A DNA stretch of 63,963 nt, the filler included, from Basidioascus undulatus (lineage: Eukaryota): assembly GCA_000826855.1 (NCBI GenBank). It is 12 parts of 12 records of this genome, joined end to end, with 100 filler letters (N's around TTAATTAATTAA, not from the genome) between each part and the next. Parts side by side here need not be neighbours in the genome. Positions count along the whole stretch, not along the records: positions 1 to 24,532 come from JTLS01000239.1; 11 more parts are not named here. The stretch is one strand, 5' to 3'. Numbering within the stretch: the stretch's first letter is position 1; each line of letters begins with the position of its first letter. The translations under genes and the position numbers were made by a program. Of this stretch, positions 1-12,338 are shown piece after piece. The notes below the pieces were generated by a model that worked only from the letters and a program-made list of their open reading frames with translations, had not been told where the DNA came from and did no database searches.

Positions 1-2432
1 CGAGCCTCTCGCCCTCCCACGTCTGGTCCGTGAGCTGCCGGCCGACGGGCCCACGGACGCTCGGCGTGCGCGCGAGGCCCGCGAACGATCCGCCCGTGGA
101 CTGGTACGAGAGCGGGCGGGCGCGCGGGGTCGTCGGGCTCGGCGTGGCGGGGAAAGAGACGGACGAGTGCGAGGTGGAGGAGGTCGTGGAGGTGCCCGTG
201 AACTGGTAGGAGAGCGGACGGGCGCGGGAAACGTGCGTGTCCTGAGATCGGGTCGCGTTGTTAGTATGTGCTGAAAGGCGGGAAGGGGGATAGGAAAACA
301 AGGCACAAAACAGTTCCTGCACCACACGTTCCCCTCCGGGCCGACCTTCGCCCCACTGTCCAGCGCCTTCGAGCACCCGCCGCACTTCAAGCACCTCTTG
401 TGCCACCTGCTGCCCGCGGGGCCAGGGACGCCCTCGAGCGCGGTCAGTCCCCCACCGCATCCCGCGCAGTGGTTCATGCCGCCGAAAGCGTCTGCGCGGA
501 TGGGGCGCGCGCGGGACGCGAAGATGGAGGGCTTGGGAGGGGTCGGGTTCGTCGTGCGCGCGCTCGGGTTGTGGAGGTTTGACGGGAGGGAGGGCGAAGG
601 GCGGTGCGAGGGGCGGAAGGACCCCGAAGGCGAGGGCGTGAGCGTCGCGTGCGTCGCGGGGCGGGAGCTGCCAGGAGGGGTGGTGGTGAGGGGGGAGTTG
701 GTGGAGGAGTGGAGGGAGAGCGGAGGAGTGCGGAAGGACTGCAGGGACTCGGTACGCGGCCGGGAGTAGGTGACGGTTTTCAGTGGTGCGCACTATTCGC
801 AGGCCTGGCGTCAGCCGAACGATACACAGTCCGGAGCACGAAGAAGGAAAGCGCACCTCAGGGTGCCCGACACCGCCACCAGGCAGCTTGACGAACTCCG
901 CCTTCTCCCCAACACCCAGCTGCCCCTCGCAAACACCACACTTCAAGCACCCGCGGTGGAACGCGCCCTCTCCCGGGACGCGCAGGACCGCCACCGTCTG
1001 CCCAGGCCTCGGGAGGAGGCTCTCCTTGCACTCTTTGCAGATCTCCTCGACGACGTCGAAGCTCGTCGTCCTCCCGCGCGAGGGGATCCCCTCCGTCGGC
1101 GCGTTGGACCGGAGGGGGACCTGGAACCGATGGCGCGAGGGACTGTTGGGCGCGGACGTGGAGCCGATGTTCTTCGTCCCCGTGAACTGCGGCTTGAGGA
1201 TCGCGTCGCGCGCCGAGACGCGCGTATAGCCGAGACCGTGCAGCCGCTCGGCCGTGCGCGGGGTGAGGGGCGTGTCGAGTGTGTGGCGGGTCTCGGGCGT
1301 GGACGGGCGGGAGTCGTTGGATGCGGTGGAGGGTGCGTCGGAGAGGGCGGGGGAAAGCGTCGGGACGGACGAGGGCGTTGGGGAGAGCTCGGACGTCTCC
1401 TCGGGCGGGGGAGGGAGGTCGAGTCGACGGTGCAGGTCCCGCAGCGTCGGGTCGAGCCGCCGCCGGTCGCGCTCGGTCGGCCGCGCATCGTTGGCCAGGT
1501 CGGCGGCGCTCCGGTCTTGGTACGGTCTGCGCATGCTCCGCTGCGCGCTGGTATCGAAGCAGTCGGCGCAGCATGGCCGGCTCTGCATGTCCACCATCGG
1601 GTTCTCATGGAGGCTCGTGCCGCAGCCGTCGCACTTGAAGCACTTGGCATGCCAGACCTCGCCGCCGGCTTCGACAAAGCGCCCGCCCTCGGTCTTCGCT
1701 TCGCCTAGCACCGGGCGGCCGCAGCCGCCGCAGGGGCCCTTGGAGAAGGTGGACGTGTAGCAGGAGTGGCAGAATGTCCGCGCGGTGGGGGACTTTGGGG
1801 AGTCGTGCGGGTGGATGTAGAGCGTCGAGTTGGGCGGGAAGGGGGAGGAGCAGGAGTGGCAGAGGGGCGTGGTCGTGGATGAGGGCGGAGAAAGGAGGGT
1901 GCCGGCGAGCTTGGAGACTGATGGCGAAAGATGTGAGCGAGAGGGCTTGCGGAGAGCGGGGGAGGGAGAGCAACGCACGAGTGCCATCTGCCGACTCGAG
2001 GATGTGAGAAGTCTGGCCTTCGGGCTCGACCCCGGCACCGGATGGAGCGGACGCGGTGGAGGACGGCACCGTGGGTGACTGGGTGCGAGTGGGAGTGTTG
2101 GCCGACGAGGACGCCGCCGAGCTTGGGCCGGAAGTCTTGGAGAGGTATCTGTCGCCCATTGCCCCACATCAGCAACTTGGCTCTCAAGGTCGTAACCAGC
2201 AAAGCAGGAAAGACTCACGTCCGCTCCCATCGATCCGACACCTTCCCGCTCCCTTGCGCAGGCCACCTCACAGCGCCAGCTGCGGGTCCATCGTCGAGCA
2301 AGGTGAGATGCCAGCTGCGGGCGGGGGCGGTAGAGCAGGAGCGGAAGGCGCACCGACTGGAAGGCCGCCGCACTTCTTGCAGCGCTCGTTGTCGGAGCTG
2401 ACGAGGTCTCCACAGCGTCGACAGAAGCCCAT
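1..2432 (-). CDS. Multi-LIM-domain (zinc-binding) protein, multi-exon; 3' end lies beyond window start
   Basis: Spliced translation starts MGFCRRCGD...CKKCGG. It contains LIM motifs CGGCGRPVLG...WHAKCFKCDGCGTSL...CCADCF, CKECKESL...FHRGCLKCGVC and CAGCGG...WHKRCLKCGGCSKAL...WCRNC. GT-AG introns present. Confidence 0.85.
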
Positions 2433-3708
2433 CGTTTGTTCGTAAGCTTTAGAAGTCAGGTCGTGATAGTCGAAGGAGTGTATAAGGACGGATGCTGGTG
2501 GTCGTGTGTGTGGAGATGATGGTGGTTCGGGGACAAGGAGCAAGGTCTGTGCGGCGGGGGAGGATCGCGATGGAACGAGTCGGAAAAGCGGTCTGGATGC
2601 TTCAGATCGTTCAGGCTCCTGAGCGGAATTGTCTTTGTGTTTAAGTGTGCAAGTGTGCGTGTGGAGTGGAGGTGGGCGAACAAAATGGACCAAGTTGATG
2701 GCGACAGGGGCAGACGGATAGGGGTGGCTGTTGCCTCATGTTCTACCGGCGCGCGCATGTGATAAAAGCAATCGTGACCGCGTCATCCCCTCTTACCTTT
2801 GTCCTGCCGCTGCGAAACGACCTCGAAACGTATGGCAACTGCACGCGATGAAAAGAAAAGAAAGCAACTGTACAACATCTACAACAAAGGGAAGTTCTCA
2901 GCGCGAGCTGAAGCGGTTTTACGGACACCATCGACACCATCCGTGAAAAATTTCGCGGCTGCGCTGGCCGGAATGTGCGCCCGAACATTCACGCCGCTCA
3001 TGTTTTAGTATGACAGGATTATCGTATCAAAGTGGTATTCAACTGTCCAGTCCCACAATTCTGGCGGAGTCTGCTTCACTTGGGATGACCCTTGAAGAGA
3101 GTTACACATCAGAGAGTGGCTGAGTCCGCCCGAGGAACCGTAGAAATTTCATGCAGTAATCATACATTCACTCTGGATAGGATGAATCCACAATCGGCCG
3201 GTAGAAACGAAGGCAAGACGGTGGCAGGTGCACGTCGGATGTCTTCAAGTGGTGTTTCAGGACCGCACAAATCGCTTGCGAGAGTTTGTGGAACAACTGC
3301 AAGACGGTCATGGTACAGGGTGGGTTGCACGCGGGTGGGCGTATATTCGAAATTGACAATGATTTTATGGTAATCGGCCTCGAAGCTTTCACAGCTTACC
3401 TTCTCAAAGCTTGGGGACTCACTAGGATCGTCTGCATACCTGCAGCATGTAATCTTTTTTTGCTTGAATTTGTTGGCACCTCATAGAGGAGTAGCGTGCA
3501 CGCGTACTACTGGACCGAAAATTGGGTGGACGGCCCGTCAGCTGTTGCGGCCGCCTTGTCAAATGCCTCAGCCGAATCACTTCCTAGCTCGGCTCGATAC
3601 TTTCCCCGCTCTTTCTGCCCTCCTACAAGCATCATCGCCAGCCCAACACGTTCCACACACCTCCATCCATCTGCAAGTGACCAGCGTCTGCCAAACACCA
3701 CTTGAAGC

Positions 3709-4540
3709 ATGGCAGCCTCTCTCGTCCCACCCGAAGTCTGGGAGCTCGCTCTCGAAGACGCATCGACGTTTGTTGTGCGGCAACCCCGACAAGGGCCCCG
3801 TCTTGCTGCGAGCATCTCCCTTGTCTTCCGCCAATGGAATCTGAGCTGCTGATTTGCCTGGCATACAGTGGCAGAGAAGGGCGTGACGGGCTGACTTTGT
3901 CCGCGGTGGACCTCAGCGCCTGGTCTTACCTCTGCGATATCGCAAGATCGTCCCTTCCGATCGAGCCTCTATCAGTGTTCTTCAAAACCTTTTCGCTCAA
4001 ACTGCTAATGCGGGCTTTCCAAAAGGTCACCATGCCCGAGAGCTTGTCATCGACGACGACATTCTCAACCATCAGCTCACCAGCTCGCAGACCACAGACG
4101 ATACCGCCCTTCCCCATCTCTTGCGCCTTCTTCCAAAGCTTGAGCGCATTTTTACTAGTAGGCGCGGTCTGGGAACGGTTACCCTGGCCGCACTCGCCAA
4201 GTTCTGCGCGTGTCGCTCATGGACCTAGGCGCTCTCCTCGTCCTGCCCACCTTCGATGCGCTCAGTGTGTTGGGGGCGTTCAGGGAGCTTCAGACACTTA
4301 GTTTTACCATTATGATGAGCTGGAACCCAGCCCTCAATGTCCTACGACCCTACAGCCCTTTACTCTTGGTTGCTGGAGGCTTTCACCCCATGCAACTTCC
4401 CTCGTCTCGAGTGGCTAAACTTATCCGGTGCATTCTCCCCTATTGCTGTCGGGGATTTCCTTGCTCGCCATGGCTCACATCTCAAGCACTTGAAGTTCAC
4501 AGCGCTGGACTTCGCTTGATTCGCAGCTCATCTCCAGCCT
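3709..4540 (+). pseudogene. Degenerate F-box/LRR-like gene
   Basis: MAASLVPPEVWELALE...SLVFRQWN (F-box-like) is followed by a mutated donor (CTGAGC instead of GTGAGC) with intact branch point and acceptor. Then LRR-like segments (LPKLERI, FRELQTLSF, FPRLEWLNLS, HLKHLKF) broken by frameshifts and stops. Confidence 0.55.
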
Positions 4541-5608
4541 CGACTTGTTGCGGTATAACGCGTTCAGATACGACCTGAACGAGTGGGAGGGGTGCTGTTT
4601 GGTCACCCAAGGAAGCGTCATTAACTACCCTGTTTGGTATGGAGTCTGTGAAGGGTGATACGCACGTCGTTTGCGAGCGCTTGCATTGCCGGCGAGGGAG
4701 ACTAGTGCCGCAGCACGTTGTGGAGCATGCACGCAATGTCGGCATCGGTAAAGAGGTTCCTCCTCAAAAAGTTTTCAGTGTCGAAGCGTCCCAAACGACT
4801 CAGAGAGCCCAAATACGCACTTGTTCTCTACGACAGCTGCTTCTATCGGGAAGGCCTCCTCCTCCTCCTGTTCAAAAGAAAGATCCCAGCGCTTGTCCCG
4901 AATCAGCTCCTCCTTCTCGGAGCATTCTCTGACCCAAAAGAACCCCCGGATCTCCTATTTGGATCTCTCCTGGCCCGTAAAGGCGCTTGCTTCGCGCGAA
5001 GTCAAGTCGAGCACGACAAGCGCGGCGTCAGCGATGTTGGTCGTAAGGAAAGCGCCCCTGGCCTGCCAAAGGAAACTACCGAATGAGCCCAAAACAGGAC
5101 GTCTTCGAGATGTCCATCGGGAGTGCACCTTGAGAAGCTTCACGATTGAGGCGCGCGACCGGCCTGCGCCTGCAAGCTGGAACCAGGTGGGTTGCGCGAA
5201 CATCGGCGTCGGCAAGGAAGGAGACTGCGGCGTGTCGATCGATTCCAGGGGGGCTGTGTGAGGACTCGAGGTGCGGATCTCTTGCTCTCCACCCTACGTC
5301 GGCTGCCTGTATCAAGCTCGACCTGGTTGAGTGCTCCACGGGTTGACCGAGCTGAACGAAACGACTGACTGCGTTCCGACCACCCCCCCTTCCTTCTCCC
5401 TCCCCAGCCCCTCCAAAAACTCTCTCGACTTGCTCAAAGTCCACCTCGTCTGGTCCTCATCATCCCCATACTCTTGCCCGTTCCGGCAAACGACGATCTC
5501 GGCCTGGTCCACCCGCGCGACGACCACCGCGCCCACGTCCTTCAGCTCGCGAAAGAGCTCCGCGTGTGCGGGGATGCCGAGGGAAACGAAGAAATTGTTG
5601 GGGATCAT
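4500..5608 (-). pseudogene. Rap1-like BRCT-BRCT-Myb paralog, copy A (two in-frame TAG stops)
   Basis: MIPNNFFVSLGIPAHAELFRELKDVGAVVVARVDQAEIVVC; second BRCT-like ARGAFLTTNIADAALVVLD...RGFFWVRECSEKEELI; Myb-like KRNLFTDADIACML...ALAND|HPSHSFRSYLNALYRNK. TAG at 4955-4957 and 4702-4704. 3' end approximate. Confidence 0.7.
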
Positions 5609-6829
5609 GCTGTGTCTTCTTGGTGAGTGAGGGGGGTCAGAGTGGATAAGTGACAGTCGAAAGCGACGGCGCGACTCCTCAATCATAGCGGATCATAACG
5701 GATGCCCGGAGCCGCCTCGTTGTAAACCAGCAGACTGGCACCGCGCGCGTCCTGCAAGCCGCTGAGGGCTGCGCTGACAGTGTACCCGTGGTATCTTTTC
5801 GTAACTATTATGGAAAATCGTGGTCTGCAGACCGCAGGAGCCTACGCCGAGTACTTAACTGGATGCTGGCCGCGGGAGTGCGCCCACACAGCTTTCAAGA
5901 GGATGTGGGGATTTTTTTGATATGTTGTAAAACAGTCCACGAAGTATTACGAGCAGCTGTCCATGACTTTCACGAGCGCTCCGAGAGCAGGAAAAGTCCG
6001 GACTTCGAAACACAGCGGTACGGGTTTCAACTTCAAGCAGACTTAATGAACAAGCCGTTAGAGGGCACTTGCTAATACCGATGAGTCACTAGCGAGTCCT
6101 AAAGATTGACAGAAACCCTTCTGGGCAGTCGACTTTAGTCCACGTCGTATGTCGTCTGGCTAATCCGCCGGGTGACGTGTGGCTGCGTCAAGCGCAGATC
6201 TGCCGTTGACTTAGGCACAAGCTGAAGACTACACAAATGAGTACTTGAAAGGTTTTTTTGGCCATTCTAAACTTTTCTGCGTCGCCGACATATACGATCC
6301 CTCGTTCAGAAAGCCTCAGAGAAACACCGAATCTTGACAACGTATTCCAAGCGAGGGGATCGATGCTGTATGTCTTCTGGCGTCCGGCCTCGAGAGTTAC
6401 ACGCCCAGTCGGGCGCTGTTCCGCCTGTTCCCACGGGGTGGGGCTCAGCTCTCCTAATTCTTGACCTATGAGACAGGGATGAACAAGACTGCTCAACCGA
6501 GTGTGTCAAAGGACTCGGGCGTCGCCCGACGAGAGCGTCTCCTGAGCGGCTCCGATTGTGCATGCTTTTTAGTAGAGCGCGGTCAGCGGCAAGAGCGACC
6601 ATATCACCACCATTCCAACTCGGCGTCTGAAAAGTCTTCGGGGCTGAAAGAATCATCCGGAAAATCCGACTCCTGATGGCTGCACAAGGGCCGCCCACAC
6701 AAATGATCAGTTCCAGGGCATGTTGCCTCGGCGGCGCAAAACGTACAATACTGATCCAGGCGATGGGCTGCGTCTCAAGCGATCAGAAAACAGAGCTCCG
6801 GACTTTGGTAAGGGACACAAATAGAACGC

Positions 6830-7756
6830 ACGGGCCAAGGGATTGCGGCTCCATCCCCCTCTTCGTAGGCGTCCTCATCGGTTGCTGCCCGTCGGCCTGC
6901 TCCCCGCCGTACGCATTCCAGTCCGCCGCGAGGCGCCGAAGCACCTTCGGGACGGCTTATAATCCCACGCTCACCCTTTAAATATAGTCTTCCAAGTCGG
7001 GCTGCTGTTCCGCCGGCGCACGCCATTCGGCGTCATGCAGCATGTCCTCCAGTATCACTTTGTGGCGGGACGGGCCCCACGCGGCTCGGTAGTTCGCGCC
7101 TGAGCGAGGCGGGGTCCTTCAAAGTTGATTGGAGCGAATAAGTAAACCAGTCATCTCGTGACAGTGGGGGGGTAGATAGACGCACGTCCTTCGCAAGAGC
7201 TTCCATGGCTTGCTTGAGCGTAGGGATGCGCAGTCGGTACTCGACCATGCGCGCGAAGTCGGTGGCTATGAAGCATTTGCTGTCATTCGCAAGTCAGCTC
7301 GCTAGTACTTGAGTATTACGAAGCCAATCAGGGCTTACAATCCCTTCGCAATAGGCCTCGCCGTCGCCAAAGTTTGCGCAGCAATCTCCTCCGCGACCTC
7401 CACCGAAGTGTCCGGCATTGCTGTGGCAGACGCGGGCGAGCCGGTGGTCGCGCTCGAGGAGGATGAGTGGGGGCTTGCGGTGCCGAGACGCGCTCGTCCA
7501 CCCCCTGCAGGGGAGGCGAACTGCTCCCGACGTTATCAGGGCGAGACGACATCCCCAATGCACAGCAACGGAATGCTCACTCCTCTCCCTCCGGGCCTTC
7601 TTTGAGCCCTCCACCCACATCTCTTCATCCGTGAGACAGACGACAATGGGCGCCTCGTGTTCGCGCGACGACCCGCGCGCCGGCCTCCTTGAGGCGGCGA
7701 ATGAGCTGAGAATGCGAGGGTATGCCGAGAAGAACGAAGAACGAGGAGAGATCCAT
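6830..7756 (-). pseudogene. Rap1-like BRCT-Myb paralog, copy D (frameshifted)
   Basis: MDLSSFFVLLGIPSHSQLIRRLKEAGARVVAR..EAPIVVC; Myb-like KCFIATDFARMVEYRLRIPTLKQAMEALAKD|..PRSGANYRAAWGPSRHKVILEDML. Aligns to copies A and B with the same intron positions. 3' end approximate. Confidence 0.65.
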
Positions 7757-8931
7757 GGCTAATTTATTTCTGAAAGGACCTCATGGCAATGAGAGCCTGT
7801 GGAGGTGATGATGGGAGTCGAGATAGGAGCGCGGCGCGAGCAATGTAAAGGGGGCGGAAGGGGAAGAATGTAAGCACGCACGCCGCGGAGTTTGCCGACA
7901 GTCGCGTAGCCTGTCAACGTACGACTGATCCCTGAGGGGTGGAGCGGAAAAGCTATCTTTCTAAAGTCCAATTCTGTTCTCATCCAAGCCCGTATACGCA
8001 CGTCGGTGACGTCTCCGTGGGGCGAGAGGTACGGTGTCCACTGCAACTGGTGGCTGCACAACTGAAACGGACCAGCTCAACCAACAAGGGTGTCCGAGTA
8101 ATCAAGCTTCTTGAAATCTAACCATGCTTAACAGCATGGATTACCCTTACCTCTGTCGACAGTAAGACCAGACAAGAAAGACGACCGCACGCGCATGGCA
8201 GATTGTAATGCAGTGGAGACCTAGACCCGCCGAAGACAGAGAGAAACAAACAACGGACGGACAGCAATGAATGTATTCCATACATCGAATACAATGTAAG
8301 CGAGATCCCCGCTAACACATGTCAAATGCCACCGATCATGAAGGCACGGTCGCGGTCGCCCTTCCGCCCCCGCAGCCGGTTTTCCATGCGCCGTCTGTTC
8401 AGCCCGTTGCACGTAGAGTTTACACGGATGTGAACGGTTTGAGATCGAAGATTCTCAACACGAAAAAAACGTGCTTCCGCTCCCAGGCACAGGATGCGCA
8501 AGCGGCACGGTCGCGCCCCGCTCGTGCCCCCGCGGGCTAGCGAGCAGTACACATGAAACTGAGAGCGCAGAAAGATGCGCGCGCACGAAAGCAGTGCCGA
8601 CGTCCACGCCGCTTGAACTGCAGAACCGCCTCTGCCAGCGTCTCAAAAAGGCAATGAGATATCAGGGGAGAAAAAACGAAGAGCGTTCAGAAGTGACAAG
8701 CGAGGCGGCATCAAGAGTACAAGGGGCGGAGGGCGTGTGGGATCGTAGGGAAGTGTAAGTGTGGAAAAAGGGGGGGTCGTGAAATAGCCGTAAGTGGGGT
8801 TGGGAGCGAGAAGCTGTGAGCATAAGCGAAGAAGAAGGTGGAGGACGGATGGGGGAGGGAGAGGGGTGCAATGGTGCATGGCGAAGACGGCAACAGTGGA
8901 TGATGATAGGGTGGAGAAGAGCGCGATAGGT

Positions 8932-10138
8932 TTAACAGGCGCAGGAGTCCTTGCCCTTGGCGCCAGCACCCTCGGCGAGGTTCACGTTGTTTGCACCGCC
9001 AGCGGCGGCACGCGCGCCGGCCGCACCGGCGGCTGCGCCGCCTCGGGAGGACGCGAGGATGTGGTCGAGGGGGATCTTCTTGGCTGTTTCGTTATCATCT
9101 CGTCCCTTGTCAGTGTCCCCGGAACCACAGCACCGAGCGCGAATAAGAGTCAAGCACGCACCAATCTCCGTAAACACCTCCACGACGCCCTCGCCCGTCT
9201 TCGCGCTCGTCTCGAAGAACAGCAAGCCCGCCTCCTCCGCATACGCCTGCGCCTCATCCCGCGCGACCTGCCGCGGCACGCTCCCACCCTCGGCGGGCGC
9301 CTCGGCGGGCGTGGCCGTCGCGTCGTCGGCCTCCTCCTCCTCCTCTTCGTCGGAGGTGGGGGAGGCGGGGGTGGAAGCGGAGGAGGAGGAGGTGGCGACG
9401 AGATCGATCTTGTTCCCGACGAGAGCGATGATCACGTTCGGGGACGCCTGCCGCTGCAGCTCCTTCACCCAGGACTTGGCCTTGTCGAAAGAGGCAGAGG
9501 AGGTGACGTCGTAGACGACGACGGCGGACAAGGCGTTGCGGTAATACCTGATGAACAGCTCCCCGAATGTGAGCACCAGCCGCCGCTGAAGGGTTTACAG
9601 AGATAGGAGAGAGCGGAGGGAAGACGCACATAGGCGCCAAAGACCGGAACCGCTCCTGACCCGCCGTGTCCCATACCTCGAACTTGATCACCTTGTCTTC
9701 CAACCGGCACTTCTGGGCTGAAAGGGCCGGCTCAAAGGTCAGCTCGAGGGGGGTGGGCGCGCCAAGGCATGCGGTGGCAGGCACGCACTGAGGAACGCAG
9801 CGCCGATCGTGGGCTCCTTGTTCTCCTGGAAGTCGTTCTGCACGAACCGCAGGACGACCGAGGATTTCCCGACAGCGGCTTCACCTGTTCAGAGAGAATT
9901 TAAAGCTATCAGTGGAAAGAGATACAAAGGGGTAGGGGCAGGTCGCAGTAGTCCCCGAGCCTCCCCATGCAGTCCCGGCATGCCCACGCCTCATTCGCGT
10001 CACCGCCAAAGCTCCACACATAATGTCCAGCCAGCCCACCTGCAGGAAAAAGGTGGACTAACCGAGGAGGACGAGCTTGACCTGCACAGGCTTGCTGGAG
10101 GCGGCCGCAGCAGCGTCGTTAGAGGTGACGTCGGCCAT
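8932..10138 (-). CDS. VPS21: Rab5-family small GTPase (Vps21/Ypt51-like), multi-exon
   Basis: [60 protein letters not shown]-terminal CAC prenylation motif. Confidence 0.92.
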
Positions 10139-10609
10139 GACGTGTAGATGTGTGTGCGCGCTTCTCAGGTAATCAAGAGTGGCAGAATAGTGTAATATGG
10201 GCGCCAGTAGAGCTCGATGGCGGTGGCGGTCGTGCAGATGGTGAGCGTTGAATGGCAGCGTCGACGCAGCGGAGCGGGCCTTGTTGCATGCGTACACTAG
10301 AACCGATAGGGCGCGACCTCTTGAATGAATTCCTCAAGCTCCGCTAACCTACCGCCCCCTTTCCTCTCCAAAAACATCCCATACTCTCCATCTTTTAACA
10401 CACCATGAAGTACTATTAGTCTGTCTGTCAGACAAACAAAAAATACTCAAACTCTCGGGCTGAGCTGTGTGCGACGGAAAGATGTACCCTTGGAGTTGGA
10501 CCGATTTCGCTTGAGCTCGGCGCAAGCGGGCCGGGCGTCGACCTCCTTCCTTTGCTTTCATCTCCCTCCCTCTCACTCTCCACACTTGCTTCGGACCCAG
10601 ACGAGCACG

Positions 10610-11890
10610 AGGATGACGACGACCCGTTCTTTTAACCGCCCACCGTATTCTGCGCGATTTGCCATCTGCGTTCCTCCATTTCCTCATCGCTCCCGCGATC
10701 GCATCGCCGCCGAGACGCTTGCAGATCTTTCGTCCCGCTAAGCTTACCCCGCTCGGGCACGTCCGGCTCCTCCGCGACACCGTCGAAGACGACGCGTTCG
10801 ATTGGCTAAGGTCGTTCGAAGCGCTCACGGGTGACCTTAGCGAAGATCCCGGCACAGTCAGCATGTATAATGCTCTAGTCGCAGAGTATGGTCTCATGGA
10901 CGCTCGGCGGATGAGGACCAGCTCCTTTGCGACGACTAACCCTTCATCGATACCTTCGCTCAGGGCTTAATCATTTGCTGGAAACGGGTGGACTCGAATC
11001 ATTTCAAGCGCCCCATCCACCTCGAAGCTTCGAAGGCTTCTTCCGGCGAAGGGGGCGCCCTTGAGACCGTTTGCGGTCTTGCCAGTGCACGGCGTCTGCA
11101 TGGACTTGTTCGATATGGCGAAGAGCGGGAAAGGCTATCCAGTGAACTTGTTTAAGCGTAGTCATGCTTATGCCGCAACGTGCGTAGCACTCGATCCAGC
11201 TATGTCTCCAGCTTCGAAGAGAAAAGCTGACGGACTGTTGCGGTGATGATAATTGGGAAACTTTGAGAGACGTTATCGCGTGGACACTGACGCTCCTCGA
11301 GTCTCCGGTTCCGCGTTGGACAAAGTCTGGTCTAAGTTCAAACTCGAGCCTGTACGCACCTCCTCATCCTATTGATATGCAATGCTGGACCTGATCTCAA
11401 TCCGAAACCGCAGTACATGCTCGTCTCCCCTCTCTTCGCTCATTTCTACCCCGACCGCACTCCTTCCCGGCCGCACTCCTTCCATGCCGGACTCGAACGC
11501 TTTCTCGTTCACACTTCCTCGCGCTCGATCGCAACCTCAACCTCAACCTCGACCCGCCAAACTCGCAACTCGCCTCTTCGACCGAGACGCTCCACACGAA
11601 CCTCCTCTCCCACATCCTCTCCGAGCCCGCCCCGAACCCATTCTTCCACGCCCTCCGGCACACCTGTACCTTTTTCTTCCGCGGCGTCTACCCCTCGACG
11701 CTCTGGTCCGAAGTCATCCTCGCGCTTTCCCAGGCCACGTTCCCGGGCTTCGATACTCTCACTGCAGTTTGCGGATCGGGAAGGAGGCGTAGCCGGATGG
11801 CGGGTGTGGGCTTTGGAGAAGGTTTGCGAGCGACCCGGGTGTCAGGGCAAGACGGCGGTTAAATGTTCGAATTGCGAATTAGGAAGTTGG
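10610..11890 (+). pseudogene. Degenerate hypothetical gene with Cys motifs (C-terminal MYND-like)
   Basis: Fragments FCAICHLR near 10650, PFAVLPVHGVCMDLF, and C-terminal VCERPGCQGKTAVKCSNC. Frames are broken and no complete model could be built. Confidence 0.3.
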
Positions 11891-12338
11891 GATGATACAC
11901 TTGCCTTTAAGAGCGTTGTTTGCTGGTCTGCTCGGCCCCGTGAAAACATCGTGTTCTTGCGCTTAGAGAGGATGTTGGACCGCCGGGGGAGAGAAACGCT
12001 CGAATGCTGTCCGGACTTTGGACTCGCCTTTTCATAAGGTTCGCAAACCAACGTCACTACTCTTCAAATATCAGCACCGTGAAAGTGTCAGTAAGTCGTT
12101 TCTACACTTTCTTCGTTCAGCTGGCTGTGATCGTCATGGTCCGCCCACCCATCATACTACCGCAAAACGTTCTACAGAGGCGACAATGCGTGTTACCTGC
12201 CTCCCTGCCTCGTTGACAGTGCGAAGAGCGTTCATTCCGTTGCACTTGCCCGCCGCGCATCCTTCCTTCTCGCCTCCGCCACTGCTCTGTCCCTTCCGCA
12301 GTTCACTTGCCGCCTCATTACCAAACGTAACAGGAAAC

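Noticed and set aside
268..2445. Many long overlapping ORFs on the + strand (e.g. 770-1708)
   Set aside because: Antisense shadows of the GC-rich LIM gene. The same applies to most overlapping ORFs in the track.
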